From an uncultured virus (IMG/VR IMGVR_UViG_3300032233_002459) (taxonomy: Duplodnaviria; Heunggongvirae; Uroviricota; Caudoviricetes), in the IMG/VR virus record IMGVR_UViG_3300032233_002459: 64,000 nucleotides of DNA, one strand, 5' to 3'. The position numbers and the translations under genes were made by a program. Position 1 is the stretch's first letter. Every line of letters starts with the position of its first letter. Under the pieces are notes generated by a model. It ran no database searches. It saw nothing but the letters and a program-made list of their open reading frames with translations, and was not told the origin of the DNA. Below, piece after piece: positions 47,732 to 58,134 of the stretch.

Positions 47732-48145
47732 TTAAAACGCTACAACTTCCTCGTTTTCCTGACTATCAACACCATCATTTGTTGCGCCAGTGGCAACCTT
47801 GGCCTGACCGCCCTTAGAAACCTTTTGAATACGAGCAAAATTATTAACTCGTACCTTCATAGTTGATCTCTTAACTCCATCCTTTTCCCATGTGTCATTC
47901 CTTAGTGATCCTTCGATCATTACCAGATCGCCCTTCCTAAAAGAAGATGATATGGCTTCGGCTCCACTATCCCATGCTTCACAATTAACAAAGGTAGTAA
48001 CCTTATCAGTATCACCATTATTCTTGGTAAACTCTCTGGATACAGCAACGGTAAAATTTACTACTGCCGTTTCCTTTCCAGATGGATTTACATATCTAAT
48101 TTCGGGATCCCTAGCCAAATTACCTCTCAAAATTACTAAATTCAT
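47732..48145 (-). CDS. ssb: Single-stranded DNA-binding protein
   Basis: MNLVILRGNLARDPE, FTVAV, KGDLVMIEGSL, acidic tail ending in F; AGGAG before ATG 48145. Confidence 0.95.
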   Translation of the reverse strand: MNLVILRGNLARDPEIRYVNPSGKETAVVNFTVAVSREFTKNNGDTDKVTTFVNCEAWDSGAEAISSSFRKGDLVMIEGSLRNDTWEKDGVKRSTMKVRVNNFARIQKVSKGGQAKVATGATNDGVDSQENEEVVAF

Positions 48146-48190
48146 AAATGCTCCTAAAATCAAAATGTATATGTAACGAACCACGCTTAT

Positions 48191-48219
48191 ATTGTATCAG
48201 GACCGCCTACCCATGTCAA
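48191..48219 (-). promoter_or_regulatory. Sigma-70 consensus promoter for ssb
   Basis: TTGACA-17 nt-TACAAT on the minus strand. Confidence 0.85.
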
Positions 48220-48220
48220 G

Positions 48221-49828
48221 TCAAACTTGCCAACATTTTTTAACTATAAATGTCTCCTTATCCCTGGACCTATCAAGCTTAATTAATAGTGTATTTCCGT
48301 CTATAAGTAAATCTCTATATTGAGAAAATTCTTCCGGAAAAATCACCAAATCTGCTGACCCAGTAGAATCTGTAACTTTAATAAAGGCCATTTCTTGACC
48401 AGGATTAACTCCTTTTTTAGTTTTAATTATATTGATATCACTAATTTCCGCCCCAAGAATAGGAGTTTTTGTTTTGGTGCCTTGCGATAAGTCTTTACAC
48501 TCAACGTTTGCGGCATATATATCACATCCATCAATTTTATGACAAGTAATCGATGCTCCTAAATAAAATTTCTCATTATTAGCTAGCCATTCTGGACTAT
48601 CATCCAAATTATATGGAGGATGTTTTAAAGTATTGATAAGAGATATAATTGTTTGCTTTCTTTTAGCCGTTATTTTAATCATACTGGAGTCAATAAGCAT
48701 TTGTAAAGCATCTTCTATTTTCTGATTATTAAATATTTTTAATAACACATCAGCTTCTCTGTTTGTTAGATTATTTAGTATATCATAATAAAATAACATT
48801 CTTGTTCTTGAGATTGTAGAGTTGCTTATAGCACCACAAGATATCAATCCCTTACAGGCTGTAGAATTGATATGTCTAAGAATATAACAATAAATTTCTA
48901 TAAAATTCATAGAACTAACATCGTATTGTTTTAGTAGATCTAGTAGTTTATCATATACAGAATCGCCCAAGCCTTTAATATTAGTTAAACCAAATGAAAT
49001 ACTATTGTCTTTTGTATTAATAAAAAATTCTTTTTCAGGCTTAAGTATAGATGGTAATTTAATAGATATATTCATTTCATTAGCATTACTAATTAACTCT
49101 TGTATTTCTTTAAGAGGATCTATTTTATCTTTAGCAAATTTTAAATATGATGCAAAAAATTCTATAGGAAAATGTGCTTTAGCATATGCTGATAAATATG
49201 CATTATAAGCATAACTCACAGCATGACTTTTATTAAAAGAATATCTTTGACTTTTCTCTATCCATCCGAATAGTTCTTCGGCTTCGCTCTTAGAGATTAT
49301 ATTCATGGATTCTGATTTTTGTAGAAACAACTTCTTAATCTTAACCATTTCTTCTGGCCTTTTCTTACCAATGGCTTTTCTAAGCTTGTCGGCTTCTGTA
49401 AGATCAAAATTAGCTATTTTCTGACAAATTTGCATAGCCTGCTCTTGATATACCATCTCTCCGTATGTATTACTTAATATTGGTTCTAAGGCAGGATGAA
49501 AAAAATCTAGTGCTTCATTTTTATTTTTCTTATCTATATAATGATTGCTTACAGATTTTCCATCTCTATAAGCTTCTAGACATCCTGGCCTCATGATACT
49601 GATAAGAGCAGAAAGTTGTTCTATATTTTCTGGCTTAAGTTTTTTAGCCATAGATTGACCAAGCCTAGACTCTAACTGAAAACACCCCTTTGTGTTGCCA
49701 TCAGATATCATTCTCCAGGTTTTTGGACATTCCAAATCAATGTGTTCAATATCAATATCAAAATCAATAGTTCCCTGATTATTAATGCAGAATTTGCATT
49801 CACAATCGTCGAATGTTGCGGTTTTCAT
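48221..49828 (-). CDS. dnaE: DNA polymerase III alpha, C-terminal part (fingers, HhH, OB)
   Basis: GCFQLES, IMRPG, VYQEQ, ADKLRKAIGKK, YSFNKSHAVSY, FGLTNIKGLG, MAFIKVTD. Confidence 0.92.
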   Translation of the reverse strand: MKTATFDDCECKFCINNQGTIDFDIDIEHIDLECPKTWRMISDGNTKGCFQLESRLGQSMAKKLKPENIEQLSALISIMRPGCLEAYRDGKSVSNHYIDKKNKNEALDFFHPALEPILSNTYGEMVYQEQAMQICQKIANFDLTEADKLRKAIGKKRPEEMVKIKKLFLQKSESMNIISKSEAEELFGWIEKSQRYSFNKSHAVSYAYNAYLSAYAKAHFPIEFFASYLKFAKDKIDPLKEIQELISNANEMNISIKLPSILKPEKEFFINTKDNSISFGLTNIKGLGDSVYDKLLDLLKQYDVSSMNFIEIYCYILRHINSTACKGLISCGAISNSTISRTRMLFYYDILNNLTNREADVLLKIFNNQKIEDALQMLIDSSMIKITAKRKQTIISLINTLKHPPYNLDDSPEWLANNEKFYLGASITCHKIDGCDIYAANVECKDLSQGTKTKTPILGAEISDINIIKTKKGVNPGQEMAFIKVTDSTGSADLVIFPEEFSQYRDLLIDGNTLLIKLDRSRDKETFIVKKCWQV

Positions 49829-50526
49829 ACTTTGAAAGAATCCTTAAACTGTATTTTTTGACTTAATTTTTTATGTAGTCTTAGAAATCTGAGTAGAATT
49901 TGGGCACAATCCTCAACATCTTTAGAGGCATTGTGAGCATTTGTTTTATCAATACCTAAATAATCTCTCATATAGTCTAGAGACAAGCCTCTTACCTCAG
50001 AGATATAGCTCGTCCACATCCCAAATAAATGCATAATATCTATTTTATCTCTTGGATGAAATAAACAAGTTTCTTTTTCTTTGTTTGTATTATTATACTT
50101 ATTACTTAGTCTATTTACAATAGCCATATCAAATCGCAAGATATTATATCCTGCCGCTATTGGTGCGGTAAATTGTGATTTTTTACTATTACTATTAGAC
50201 TTTAAATGATATTTATCTAGATATGAAACAAACTGCGCCCAAGCATATTTTTGCTCAGGATACCCCTTCCATTCTGTTAAAACTTGTTCTCCAGAGAGAT
50301 TGCGTATTTTGCCGTGCCAGTCAAGGATGTCAGAATCAGTATAAGGATTATCCGTGTTACAGTTAACTAATTTTTCTGGTTTTAGAAAAGTATTGAATTC
50401 AGATTTAGGTATAATTTCCAATTTAATTGGATCAATAATTATAGCAGATAGTTGTACCGGACTACATTCTTCAGGATTTTTACCATCGGTTTCAAAATCA
50501 AATACGCAAATTTTATTGTTGATCAT
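49825..50526 (-). CDS. DEDDh 3'-5' exonuclease (DnaQ/epsilon-like)
   Basis: VFDFETDG, AGYNILRFD, AHNASKDV. Confidence 0.9.
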   Translation of the reverse strand: MINNKICVFDFETDGKNPEECSPVQLSAIIIDPIKLEIIPKSEFNTFLKPEKLVNCNTDNPYTDSDILDWHGKIRNLSGEQVLTEWKGYPEQKYAWAQFVSYLDKYHLKSNSNSKKSQFTAPIAAGYNILRFDMAIVNRLSNKYNNTNKEKETCLFHPRDKIDIMHLFGMWTSYISEVRGLSLDYMRDYLGIDKTNAHNASKDVEDCAQILLRFLRLHKKLSQKIQFKDSFKV

Positions 50527-50698
50527 CTATTACAGCCTCCACTTGTGCTTTGTATTCAAATAAAGTTTCTTTATTGTCTCTTAATCTAATAGCATTAGCA
50601 TGAATCTGACAACATGTTTTTTTAATTTCTGGAATCTTAAGATATTCATATTCTTTATATCTAAATCTTTGTCCAGCTAGAATTTCTTCAAATAGCAT
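50513..50698 (-). CDS. Small hypothetical protein
   Basis: 61 aa overlapping both neighbours; KKTCC. Confidence 0.55.
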   Translation of the reverse strand: MLFEEILAGQRFRYKEYEYLKIPEIKKTCCQIHANAIRLRDNKETLFEYKAQVEAVIDDQQ

Positions 50699-52580
50699 AT
50701 TCAGCCTTTTTTATTTTTAAAATATCCCTAATACACATAATTTTATCTAATAAAGCGATACCAAGAATATCAAACTTAATCACTCCGATAGACTCTAAGT
50801 CGCTCATCTCAAACCCAGCAATATTTTGCTCTGTTTTTGGATCCCATATCATTGGACATATAGTATTTAATGATGTGTTAGATATTGCTATGCCAGCGGC
50901 GTGTTTAGATTGATTATATTTTGCTCCCTCCAATCTAATAGCCTGTTCAAATCGTTTAGCAAGTGGCCCATATAGCTGTCCATCATCGCCAATATAGCAC
51001 CATTCTTTAAGTTTGGATCCATTATTTTCTAAAGCCCATCGCAAAATAGATGCTTCTCCATCTTCATCTTTCATTTCCTGTAATTCGTCCGCAATTTTAG
51101 CTTCATCTGGTATGTGTTTAGTGATACGATTCATTTCTTCGAAAGATATATTACCGTATATACGCAACACTTCTTTAAGGGCTCCTCGTCCTTTAAGAGT
51201 ATTAAAGGTGATCATTTGAGAGACCTTATCATTACCATATTTATTTTTTATATAATTAATAATATCTTCTCTATATTCAATTGGTACGTCCACATCAATA
51301 TCTGGCATGGATATGTTGGAATCTGTATTTCTTCCAGTGTTATAAAACCTTTCAAAGATCAAATCATATTTAATAGGGTCTATAGCAGTAATGCCAACCA
51401 GATAAGAAACTAAGCACCCAGCAGCAGAGCCTCTCCCTGGTCCCGGTAGACAGCTTTTATTTCTTATATATAAGACTATATCTCTAATAATAAGAAAATA
51501 ACTTGCAAGATTAGTGGACTCTAAAATACTTAGTTCCTTTTTTACTCTGTCTACATAAATATCCTGTTGTTCTTTTGGTATTTTATTTTGAATCTTTTCT
51601 AACCATCCTTGCCTACAAAGATGTCTTAAGTATTCAATAGGCTTTTGTTGATCTGGACACTCAAAGGTTGGTAATTGAGGAGCAGACAAAATCTCATAAC
51701 TTTCGCACATATTATCAATTACTATTGTTGTGTCCAATTCTTCTTTATCATGAATCGATAGCATTTCTTCATATGAAAGTATATAGTACTTTTCTGATGT
51801 AAAAAAGCTAGACATGGGCACTTTTTCATTATTAATAATTTTATTAGATATTTCTGGTAGCGTAATTTTTAATGCACTACACAGAAGAACTCTTTGATCT
51901 ACGGCGTCAGATGACTCACAATAATGTGCATCTATTGATGCTGTTTTCTTTAATTTGTGTTCTTTACATAGATCTCTTAAGGCTTTACCTATTGTTTGTT
52001 GGTGAACATTATCAGTGTCCATCAATTGTATTTCTACAAATACATTTTCCTCACCAAAAATAGAATATAGCCTTTTGATATGATCCAATCCTTTAATCTT
52101 CCAATCGTCTAATAGTTTGCTTTCATCAAAGCTATATATAGTATCAGCCAATGTAGATCCTGGATGACCAGTAATACAAATTAGATTATGACTATCTAGA
52201 ATTGTTTTATGTATAAGATCAAGATCTAATCTTGGCTTATAATAAAAATAATTAGCATTATTGGATAAAGAGACAAGACTTATCAAGTCCTGCCAGCCAT
52301 TAAAATTTTTGCATAAAATAACCATGTGTGATAGATCACTATTGGTTTTATCTTTAACTGATGCATCCTTTGGGGAAATATATAGTTCACAACCCATTAT
52401 TGGTTTAATGTCATTTTTTTTCATAGTTTTATAAAAATTAACATTACCAGATATGGTGCCATGATCAGTAATAGCGCAACTTTTTGCTCCGATAGTTTTG
52501 CATCTTTTAGCTATTTGTTCTGGTTTAGACAAGCCATCCAAAAGACTATAGTGTGTATGAACATGTAGCGGAATATACAT
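50688..52580 (-). CDS. dnaE: DNA polymerase III alpha, N-terminal part (PHP and palm)
   Basis: LHVHTHYSLLDG, ITDHG, GPGRGSAAG, MPDIDVD, SKHAAGI, IKFDILG. Confidence 0.95.
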   Translation of the reverse strand: MYIPLHVHTHYSLLDGLSKPEQIAKRCKTIGAKSCAITDHGTISGNVNFYKTMKKNDIKPIMGCELYISPKDASVKDKTNSDLSHMVILCKNFNGWQDLISLVSLSNNANYFYYKPRLDLDLIHKTILDSHNLICITGHPGSTLADTIYSFDESKLLDDWKIKGLDHIKRLYSIFGEENVFVEIQLMDTDNVHQQTIGKALRDLCKEHKLKKTASIDAHYCESSDAVDQRVLLCSALKITLPEISNKIINNEKVPMSSFFTSEKYYILSYEEMLSIHDKEELDTTIVIDNMCESYEILSAPQLPTFECPDQQKPIEYLRHLCRQGWLEKIQNKIPKEQQDIYVDRVKKELSILESTNLASYFLIIRDIVLYIRNKSCLPGPGRGSAAGCLVSYLVGITAIDPIKYDLIFERFYNTGRNTDSNISMPDIDVDVPIEYREDIINYIKNKYGNDKVSQMITFNTLKGRGALKEVLRIYGNISFEEMNRITKHIPDEAKIADELQEMKDEDGEASILRWALENNGSKLKEWCYIGDDGQLYGPLAKRFEQAIRLEGAKYNQSKHAAGIAISNTSLNTICPMIWDPKTEQNIAGFEMSDLESIGVIKFDILGIALLDKIMCIRDILKIKKAEYAI

Positions 52581-53644
52581 TAAACTTCTCCTGGTGCCTT
52601 GTATGTACCAACACTATATCCTGGCAATTGATAAACGTCAACCGCTTCATTCATGCCCCGCAATTCAAGATCATGCTTAATTTGTTCACATTGGGTCATA
52701 AAATTATTTTTTGGTGTTATTTGATTATCTCTATATTCTATTGTTGGCAAAACATGTTTATCGTTTTGAAATGTATTTTTCCCAAAATGACATAATTTGC
52801 TACACATCCAAGACTTTTTAAGCTGAGGCTTTTGTGTTTTTTGAATATGAATAAATTTTTCTTTAAGCATATACTCAGTCTTCATCGCGTTGTCTGTATT
52901 ATCAAAACAAACAGAGAATGGACCACCGTCATTAATAAAGTTTATTGTTACAATGATATGCTTGAATTCTGGAAATAATCTATGTACAGCATAGTGGTAT
53001 AATCTTAGTTGTGGGTCATCTTCTAGTTTAGCTTGTGTTTTTTCTTCACCGGTTGCCCAGTTTAGCCTGCGACCAGTTTTCCAGTCAACAATTTCTAGGG
53101 TGTTATCGTCGATCTGTGTAATTAGATCCATTGTTCCTTTGATAGCTAGTTTACCACTAATTTTTTTACCATTAATATCATAGATATAGTTAGCCCAATC
53201 TTTGTTTATAACCAAATCAAAATGCTGTTCTGATCTAAAAATATTGCGTCTCCTAGGATCAAACATACGATTATTAGCCCTAAGAGTTTTGCTAATCCAT
53301 TCTATACAGTCTTTTCTGTCTTTGTCTAGCCACGAATGATGGGAGCATTGTGAGGTATAATAATCATATACCTTATTAGCTAACGATAAAATAAATTGAT
53401 CGTTGAACATATCATCTGTATTTAGATCAATAGTTCCAACAATATCGTCTTCAATAATTTGTATTTTATCTTGCTGGGCCTTTTTCATAATGGCTAGTAT
53501 TTCTAGCACCTTATGAACAATAGTCCCTTTATCTGCCTTCTTATTAGATAGACCTCTTCTACCAAGAACATATTCAATAAAGTACTGCTGCTCACACATT
53601 GAATGGGTATTATATGATGAGCTTCTAAAGTATGTAATTATAAT
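52580..53644 (-). CDS. PD-(D/E)xK (RecB/Cas4-like) exonuclease; probable ATT start
   Basis: KGTIVHKVLE, KGTMDL, VDWKTG, QLRLY, CSKLC; frame continues above ATG 53599 as IIITYFRSSSYNTHS. Confidence 0.85.
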   Translation of the reverse strand: MIITYFRSSSYNTHSMCEQQYFIEYVLGRRGLSNKKADKGTIVHKVLEILAIMKKAQQDKIQIIEDDIVGTIDLNTDDMFNDQFILSLANKVYDYYTSQCSHHSWLDKDRKDCIEWISKTLRANNRMFDPRRRNIFRSEQHFDLVINKDWANYIYDINGKKISGKLAIKGTMDLITQIDDNTLEIVDWKTGRRLNWATGEEKTQAKLEDDPQLRLYHYAVHRLFPEFKHIIVTINFINDGGPFSVCFDNTDNAMKTEYMLKEKFIHIQKTQKPQLKKSWMCSKLCHFGKNTFQNDKHVLPTIEYRDNQITPKNNFMTQCEQIKHDLELRGMNEAVDVYQLPGYSVGTYKAPGEV

Positions 53645-54234
53645 GGTAAAAATCCTTTTTGTTTTAGAAAATTTAATAATAAAAGATTTTGTTGTGATAT
53701 GGTCATATTTTGATTGTCTATAACAAGATCAAAGTTTTTCGCATCAAATCTGTTTTCATCGAGAGCTACTTCGCTTTCGTGCTGAGAATTATAGGGATTT
53801 CTTGTTAACTTTACCACTAGACCCCCAGCATTTTTAATTGCATGTACTTCATTAGGAAACCTACAGTCAGCAATCAAACTAATCTTTTGTGTATCTTGTT
53901 TTATCTTTCTTATTGTAGTTTCAGACCAAACATTTGTTTTAAGTTTTCGAAACATATCAGTCCCCACTAGCTGCATAATTTCTCTAGCCGTAAGCTGTTT
54001 ATTTTCCCAATAGCAGTCAACCAATTGATTCTTTTCTTCATCTGTACCATAACACTGATCATATGTTAAACCCAGTATATTTATACATATATCATTTTTT
54101 AGAGAATCAGCAAAATTATATATTTTACATGAATCACCATCAGAAATAGTATCGAATATTTCTTTTGTAAACTGAGCACAAGTTGTTTTACCCGATTGTT
54201 TACGTCCAGCAAAGGCCAAAATAAAATTAGACAT
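53638..54234 (-). CDS. Deoxynucleoside monophosphate kinase
   Basis: GRKQSGKT, FADSLK, REIMQLVGT, DCRFPNE, HESE; start likely ATG 54234. Confidence 0.88.
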   Translation of the reverse strand: MSNFILAFAGRKQSGKTTCAQFTKEIFDTISDGDSCKIYNFADSLKNDICINILGLTYDQCYGTDEEKNQLVDCYWENKQLTAREIMQLVGTDMFRKLKTNVWSETTIRKIKQDTQKISLIADCRFPNEVHAIKNAGGLVVKLTRNPYNSQHESEVALDENRFDAKNFDLVIDNQNMTISQQNLLLLNFLKQKGFLPL

Positions 54235-55393
54235 GCATTTTATCCATTTCTGGTATAATAGTTTGTTGTATATCTTCAATAGTCATATCCGCTATATCAT
54301 TCTTTATAATAGATAATGTTTTAATATTATATGTACGATAACACTTATCATATATTTGTTTTGCTCCTACCTGACCAGCTTCATCATTATCTAATAAAAT
54401 CAATAAAGACATAGCACCAGAGCAATCTAATAGCATTTTTTGCCTATCTCCTAATGAGGTTCCAAAAATAGCTATAGAATTATGAATACCAGCTTCTTCT
54501 AGTCTCCATACATTACCTGGGCTTTCGACAACAACGGCTATTCCGGTTTTTAATATATAATCTTTGGCAAACCATAGGTTGTAAAGATGGTCTTTGGCTT
54601 TAAAGTCTTTATTGTGTTTCCATTTAGAATATTTCCAGCCAAATTCACTATTGATACAATCAGTATTTGGATTATGATAATAAGAACACTTAGAACATTT
54701 TTCATATATACTTCTGCCACTACATCCCACCATATGACTATACTGCTGGTTATATATAGGAACAACAATTCTATCAAACATTTCTTTATTAGAATTGGTA
54801 CATTGACCAACATCGTACTTGTCTAAAATCTTTTGAGAATAACCTCTTTTTAAATAGTAGTTTGCTGGAATATCTAATGCTTTTCTTACCATTTGTCTTG
54901 TTGGTAATTTATCTAAACTATCAGGTATATGAGATATGCTTTGTATATTTTTAATAAAAGCCTTTTTCTCCATATTGGTATAATTAACTTTAATATCTTT
55001 TATATCTTTATTTAAGATTTTAAGGGCCATTTGCATAGTATTATCAAAGCTATACATTTCATCACCATCTTTGATCCAATTATTAGTTCTAACTGATAAT
55101 ATACCTCTTAAAAAACCAATAATAGATGGCTGAAAAATCCTTTCACAATGATGTGTTCGACAAACCCAATTGCCACGATATGAATCCCCCACATAATATA
55201 GATTAAGTGCCGACTCATTATCTCCGCCGTGTATTGGACAAGCCATGGTGATCATTTTATTATTGTGTTTGCAATTAAGATCAAAGGTCTCGCACAATAA
55301 GTCTATATTATCACACAGCTCATCGCATACGGCCTTTATTTTAGCCTGACTAAACGAACGAGATTTCTTTGTCGTGTTGTTCATTATCTTCAT
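54227..55393 (-). CDS. DNA primase (CHC2 Zn finger and TOPRIM)
   Basis: CPIHGGDN...CRTHHC, RIVVPI, VVVESP, LDNDEAG; extra CSKC..H..C insert. Confidence 0.88.
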   Translation of the reverse strand: MKIMNNTTKKSRSFSQAKIKAVCDELCDNIDLLCETFDLNCKHNNKMITMACPIHGGDNESALNLYYVGDSYRGNWVCRTHHCERIFQPSIIGFLRGILSVRTNNWIKDGDEMYSFDNTMQMALKILNKDIKDIKVNYTNMEKKAFIKNIQSISHIPDSLDKLPTRQMVRKALDIPANYYLKRGYSQKILDKYDVGQCTNSNKEMFDRIVVPIYNQQYSHMVGCSGRSIYEKCSKCSYYHNPNTDCINSEFGWKYSKWKHNKDFKAKDHLYNLWFAKDYILKTGIAVVVESPGNVWRLEEAGIHNSIAIFGTSLGDRQKMLLDCSGAMSLLILLDNDEAGQVGAKQIYDKCYRTYNIKTLSIIKNDIADMTIEDIQQTIIPEMDKMHV

Positions 55394-56831
55394 CTGTGGT
55401 TATTTGAAACGTATTTTTATTTTTACCAGAGCCATTATTTAGCTCTAATTTTGTTTGGCCCTCAGTAATTTTAGCACACCAGCCCTTCATATGACAATTA
55501 ATATAATCATTATCATCTAAGCCTCCACCGTGTCTACTTACTAGTGGTATTAATTTTCTATTGCCTGCTGATGGGCCATCCTCTGCTATTTCTTCGTCAG
55601 ACTTACGTTTAAAAATTGAGAAATTACTACACAGCCATATAATTCTATCTGAACCAGAAGCTGTGTCAGTACTTTCTTTGGTGATGCCGTCACGATTTAA
55701 TTGCACAAATGCTACTACTGGAATTTTATATTTTGTAGCAAAATTATGTAGAGATGTCATCATGAATCCTAAAACTTGGTATTCTTTTAGATCCTGAGAC
55801 ATACCAGCAGAATCCATGAGTTTAAGATAATCATAAAATATAACACAATCTTTTGCGCTTCCATCATCATTTAAACCAACCTCTTTTATAATCCATCTAC
55901 GCATAATAGCTAGTTGTTCATCGAATGGTTTACCAGCTATAGATTTATAATAAAGTTTTATATCTTTTAATTTGGATTTGGCATCATAAATTTTACTTTT
56001 TAGATCAGAGGAGTCTCTAAATTTACCAGTTTCTATTGTGTTTAAGTCTATATCTGTCATCATACCAATAATACGATTAATATGATCGTCCGTTGTCATT
56101 TCTGTATCCATATTTAAAACTGGTATTTTATTATTGGCCAAGTAAAATCCCATGTTGTCTGCTAAAAGGGTTTTTCCGGTCTTAGGTCTTGCGGCAATAA
56201 CATTAACAGTGCTTTTCCTTAAGCCCCCTCCTATAGCCTTATCATATATGGGAAATCCTGTGGATAAGCCTACTTGATCAACCGGATTATCTTCTAGATT
56301 TTGAATATATTCATCTATATTTTTACCAATAGCTTCAGGCTCGGTCTTATTATCACCAAGCAGCATACCTAAATCAAAAACCTTACTCTCCGCTATATTT
56401 AGAATATCGGAAATAGATTCTGATCCCGTAACCTCATGAAGCTCTTTTTGTGCAGAGCCTAGTTGATCACTAATATTTCTAGCTATTTCTAGCTTCTTTA
56501 TTTTACTTGCAAATTTTCTTATGTTTGTTTGGTCTACTGGAAAATCTAAGATAGCTTTTATATGCATTGCCTCATCTTTTGATGATAATGCTTCTTTATA
56601 TCCTAATTCCTGTGCTACGCTATATATGTATGCTAAATCTATAGTAGCATTATTATCGTTTGAATATATATGCTGTATACAATTATAGATTAAAGCATTA
56701 CTGTCTATAGTAAATACTGCGCTAGATATTAGATCGCTTACGTCTAAATAAGCATTTTCACCGTATTTACACAGTCCAGATAGAACTGCTCGCTCGGCAG
56801 ATGGGTCAGCCAAATAGTCTTTATTTGCCAT
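55350..56831 (-). CDS. dnaB: Replicative DnaB-family helicase
   Basis: AERAVL, STGF, AARPKTGKT, TEM, DYL, QLNR. Confidence 0.93.
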   Translation of the reverse strand: MANKDYLADPSAERAVLSGLCKYGENAYLDVSDLISSAVFTIDSNALIYNCIQHIYSNDNNATIDLAYIYSVAQELGYKEALSSKDEAMHIKAILDFPVDQTNIRKFASKIKKLEIARNISDQLGSAQKELHEVTGSESISDILNIAESKVFDLGMLLGDNKTEPEAIGKNIDEYIQNLEDNPVDQVGLSTGFPIYDKAIGGGLRKSTVNVIAARPKTGKTLLADNMGFYLANNKIPVLNMDTEMTTDDHINRIIGMMTDIDLNTIETGKFRDSSDLKSKIYDAKSKLKDIKLYYKSIAGKPFDEQLAIMRRWIIKEVGLNDDGSAKDCVIFYDYLKLMDSAGMSQDLKEYQVLGFMMTSLHNFATKYKIPVVAFVQLNRDGITKESTDTASGSDRIIWLCSNFSIFKRKSDEEIAEDGPSAGNRKLIPLVSRHGGGLDDNDYINCHMKGWCAKITEGQTKLELNNGSGKNKNTFQITTDEDNEQHDKEISFV

Positions 56832-56863
56832 ATATTATATTAATTATAAGAATAGTTAGTTTT

Positions 56864-57265
56864 TTAACCAGGAGTTGTCGAACACTTATTGCACTTAAAT
56901 CTTTCTATACCACCATACAGTAGAGACGATTGGATCTTCTCTTCTCTACCACATACCCTACACTTAGCCTTCATGGTTTGATTTTTTCTATTTCTGGCGA
57001 TTGGCGGTTGTTTATATAGTTTTTGTGCTAATTCAGGATCTTCTTTATGCATCCTGGCTTCTGGCATAGAAATAAATTTATTTTCTCTTTGTATTTTAGT
57101 TTTTGTTTTTTTTATTTTGCTTACTGATCGTGTTGTTTTGGTTTCTGGCACTTTGTTATCGTCGGCTTGTTGGGCCGCGTCAAGCAAGCTAGACAGTACT
57201 CCGATAATTTGTTTGATTTGGTCCGGATTTTTTAGTAATTCATTAAGATCAAAATTAGTTGACAT
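56864..57265 (-). CDS. Hypothetical protein with C-terminal Zn finger
   Basis: CRVC...CNKC. Confidence 0.7.
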   Translation of the reverse strand: MSTNFDLNELLKNPDQIKQIIGVLSSLLDAAQQADDNKVPETKTTRSVSKIKKTKTKIQRENKFISMPEARMHKEDPELAQKLYKQPPIARNRKNQTMKAKCRVCGREEKIQSSLLYGGIERFKCNKCSTTPG

Positions 57266-57737
57266 TTCTCACCTTTGTTTTCTGAATAGATAACATAATA
57301 TCCGATAAATGTTTTATACTATTAGCTAAATATTGAAGTCTATCACTTCTTTGTTTAGCGTATTTTTTTATTTTATTTAATGCTGTAGCTTTTTCATTAT
57401 TTTTTATGGCTTGTGAAGACTTTTCGATATAACCATACCCTTTATAATTATTAATTTCTTCGGCAATAGTTTCTTTAATCGTTTCTTCGGCCCAATTAAC
57501 TCTCGATAGCTCCCTATTAAGAGATCTTTGCATATGAAAAGCAAACTGACCTAATCTATAAGCTATTTCTCCGCATACTTCTGGTGTTGTTTTTTCTAGT
57601 TCGTCTCGACTCATTTGAAAATATCCGTTCAATTCTGTTTCAGAGAAAATATCGGATTTGTATACTCCTAATCCAAGTCCTTGTTCGTACTCGTCAAGAA
57701 CACGGTCCCACTCATTTACTTGTTCTTTAGTGTTCAT
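57255..57737 (-). CDS. Coiled-coil protein, possible UvsY-like recombination mediator
   Basis: All-helical 160 aa two genes from the recombinase; function is a positional guess. Confidence 0.4.
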   Translation of the reverse strand: MNTKEQVNEWDRVLDEYEQGLGLGVYKSDIFSETELNGYFQMSRDELEKTTPEVCGEIAYRLGQFAFHMQRSLNRELSRVNWAEETIKETIAEEINNYKGYGYIEKSSQAIKNNEKATALNKIKKYAKQRSDRLQYLANSIKHLSDIMLSIQKTKVRNVN

Positions 57738-58134
57738 TTTTAATCCTTATTTCCCATTGACTTATTTGATCAAATGGCAGTTCTATATGCTCAATACCAT
57801 TTAGTTCACACCACTCTTTTTTTTCTTGATCTCTCTTTTTATGTTTTATAAAACCGAGTGGAGTATTATGAAAAAATTTACTGAATTTATAATGTTGCTC
57901 TCCATGAACCTCTATACATTTTTTAATAAGGGGTAAATAAAAGTCTAAATAAAGAGTTTCTGATCTTCTTATATTGACGGGAACTTCTTCCAATACTTGT
58001 AATGTAGGAAAACAAACATGGATTAAATCCCTGGCCTGTAAATGTAGGCTAGATTTATTTTGAATAGACCCATGTGATATATTACCGATTAATTGCCAAT
58101 TATAAGAATTACCATCCAGATCTTTTACTTGCAT
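57727..58134 (-). CDS. Vsr/DUF559-like endonuclease
   Basis: YLDFYLP...IEVHGEQH...RDQEKKEWC. Confidence 0.8.
   Translation of the reverse strand: MQVKDLDGNSYNWQLIGNISHGSIQNKSSLHLQARDLIHVCFPTLQVLEEVPVNIRRSETLYLDFYLPLIKKCIEVHGEQHYKFSKFFHNTPLGFIKHKKRDQEKKEWCELNGIEHIELPFDQISQWEIRIKNEH

Noticed and set aside
48221..52580. Intein or group I intron explaining the dnaE split
   Set aside because: No Cys/Ser-start or His-Asn-end splice motifs; the intervening DNA is fully coding
52580..53644. cas4 as part of a CRISPR system
   Set aside because: No other cas genes or array; context is a replication operon
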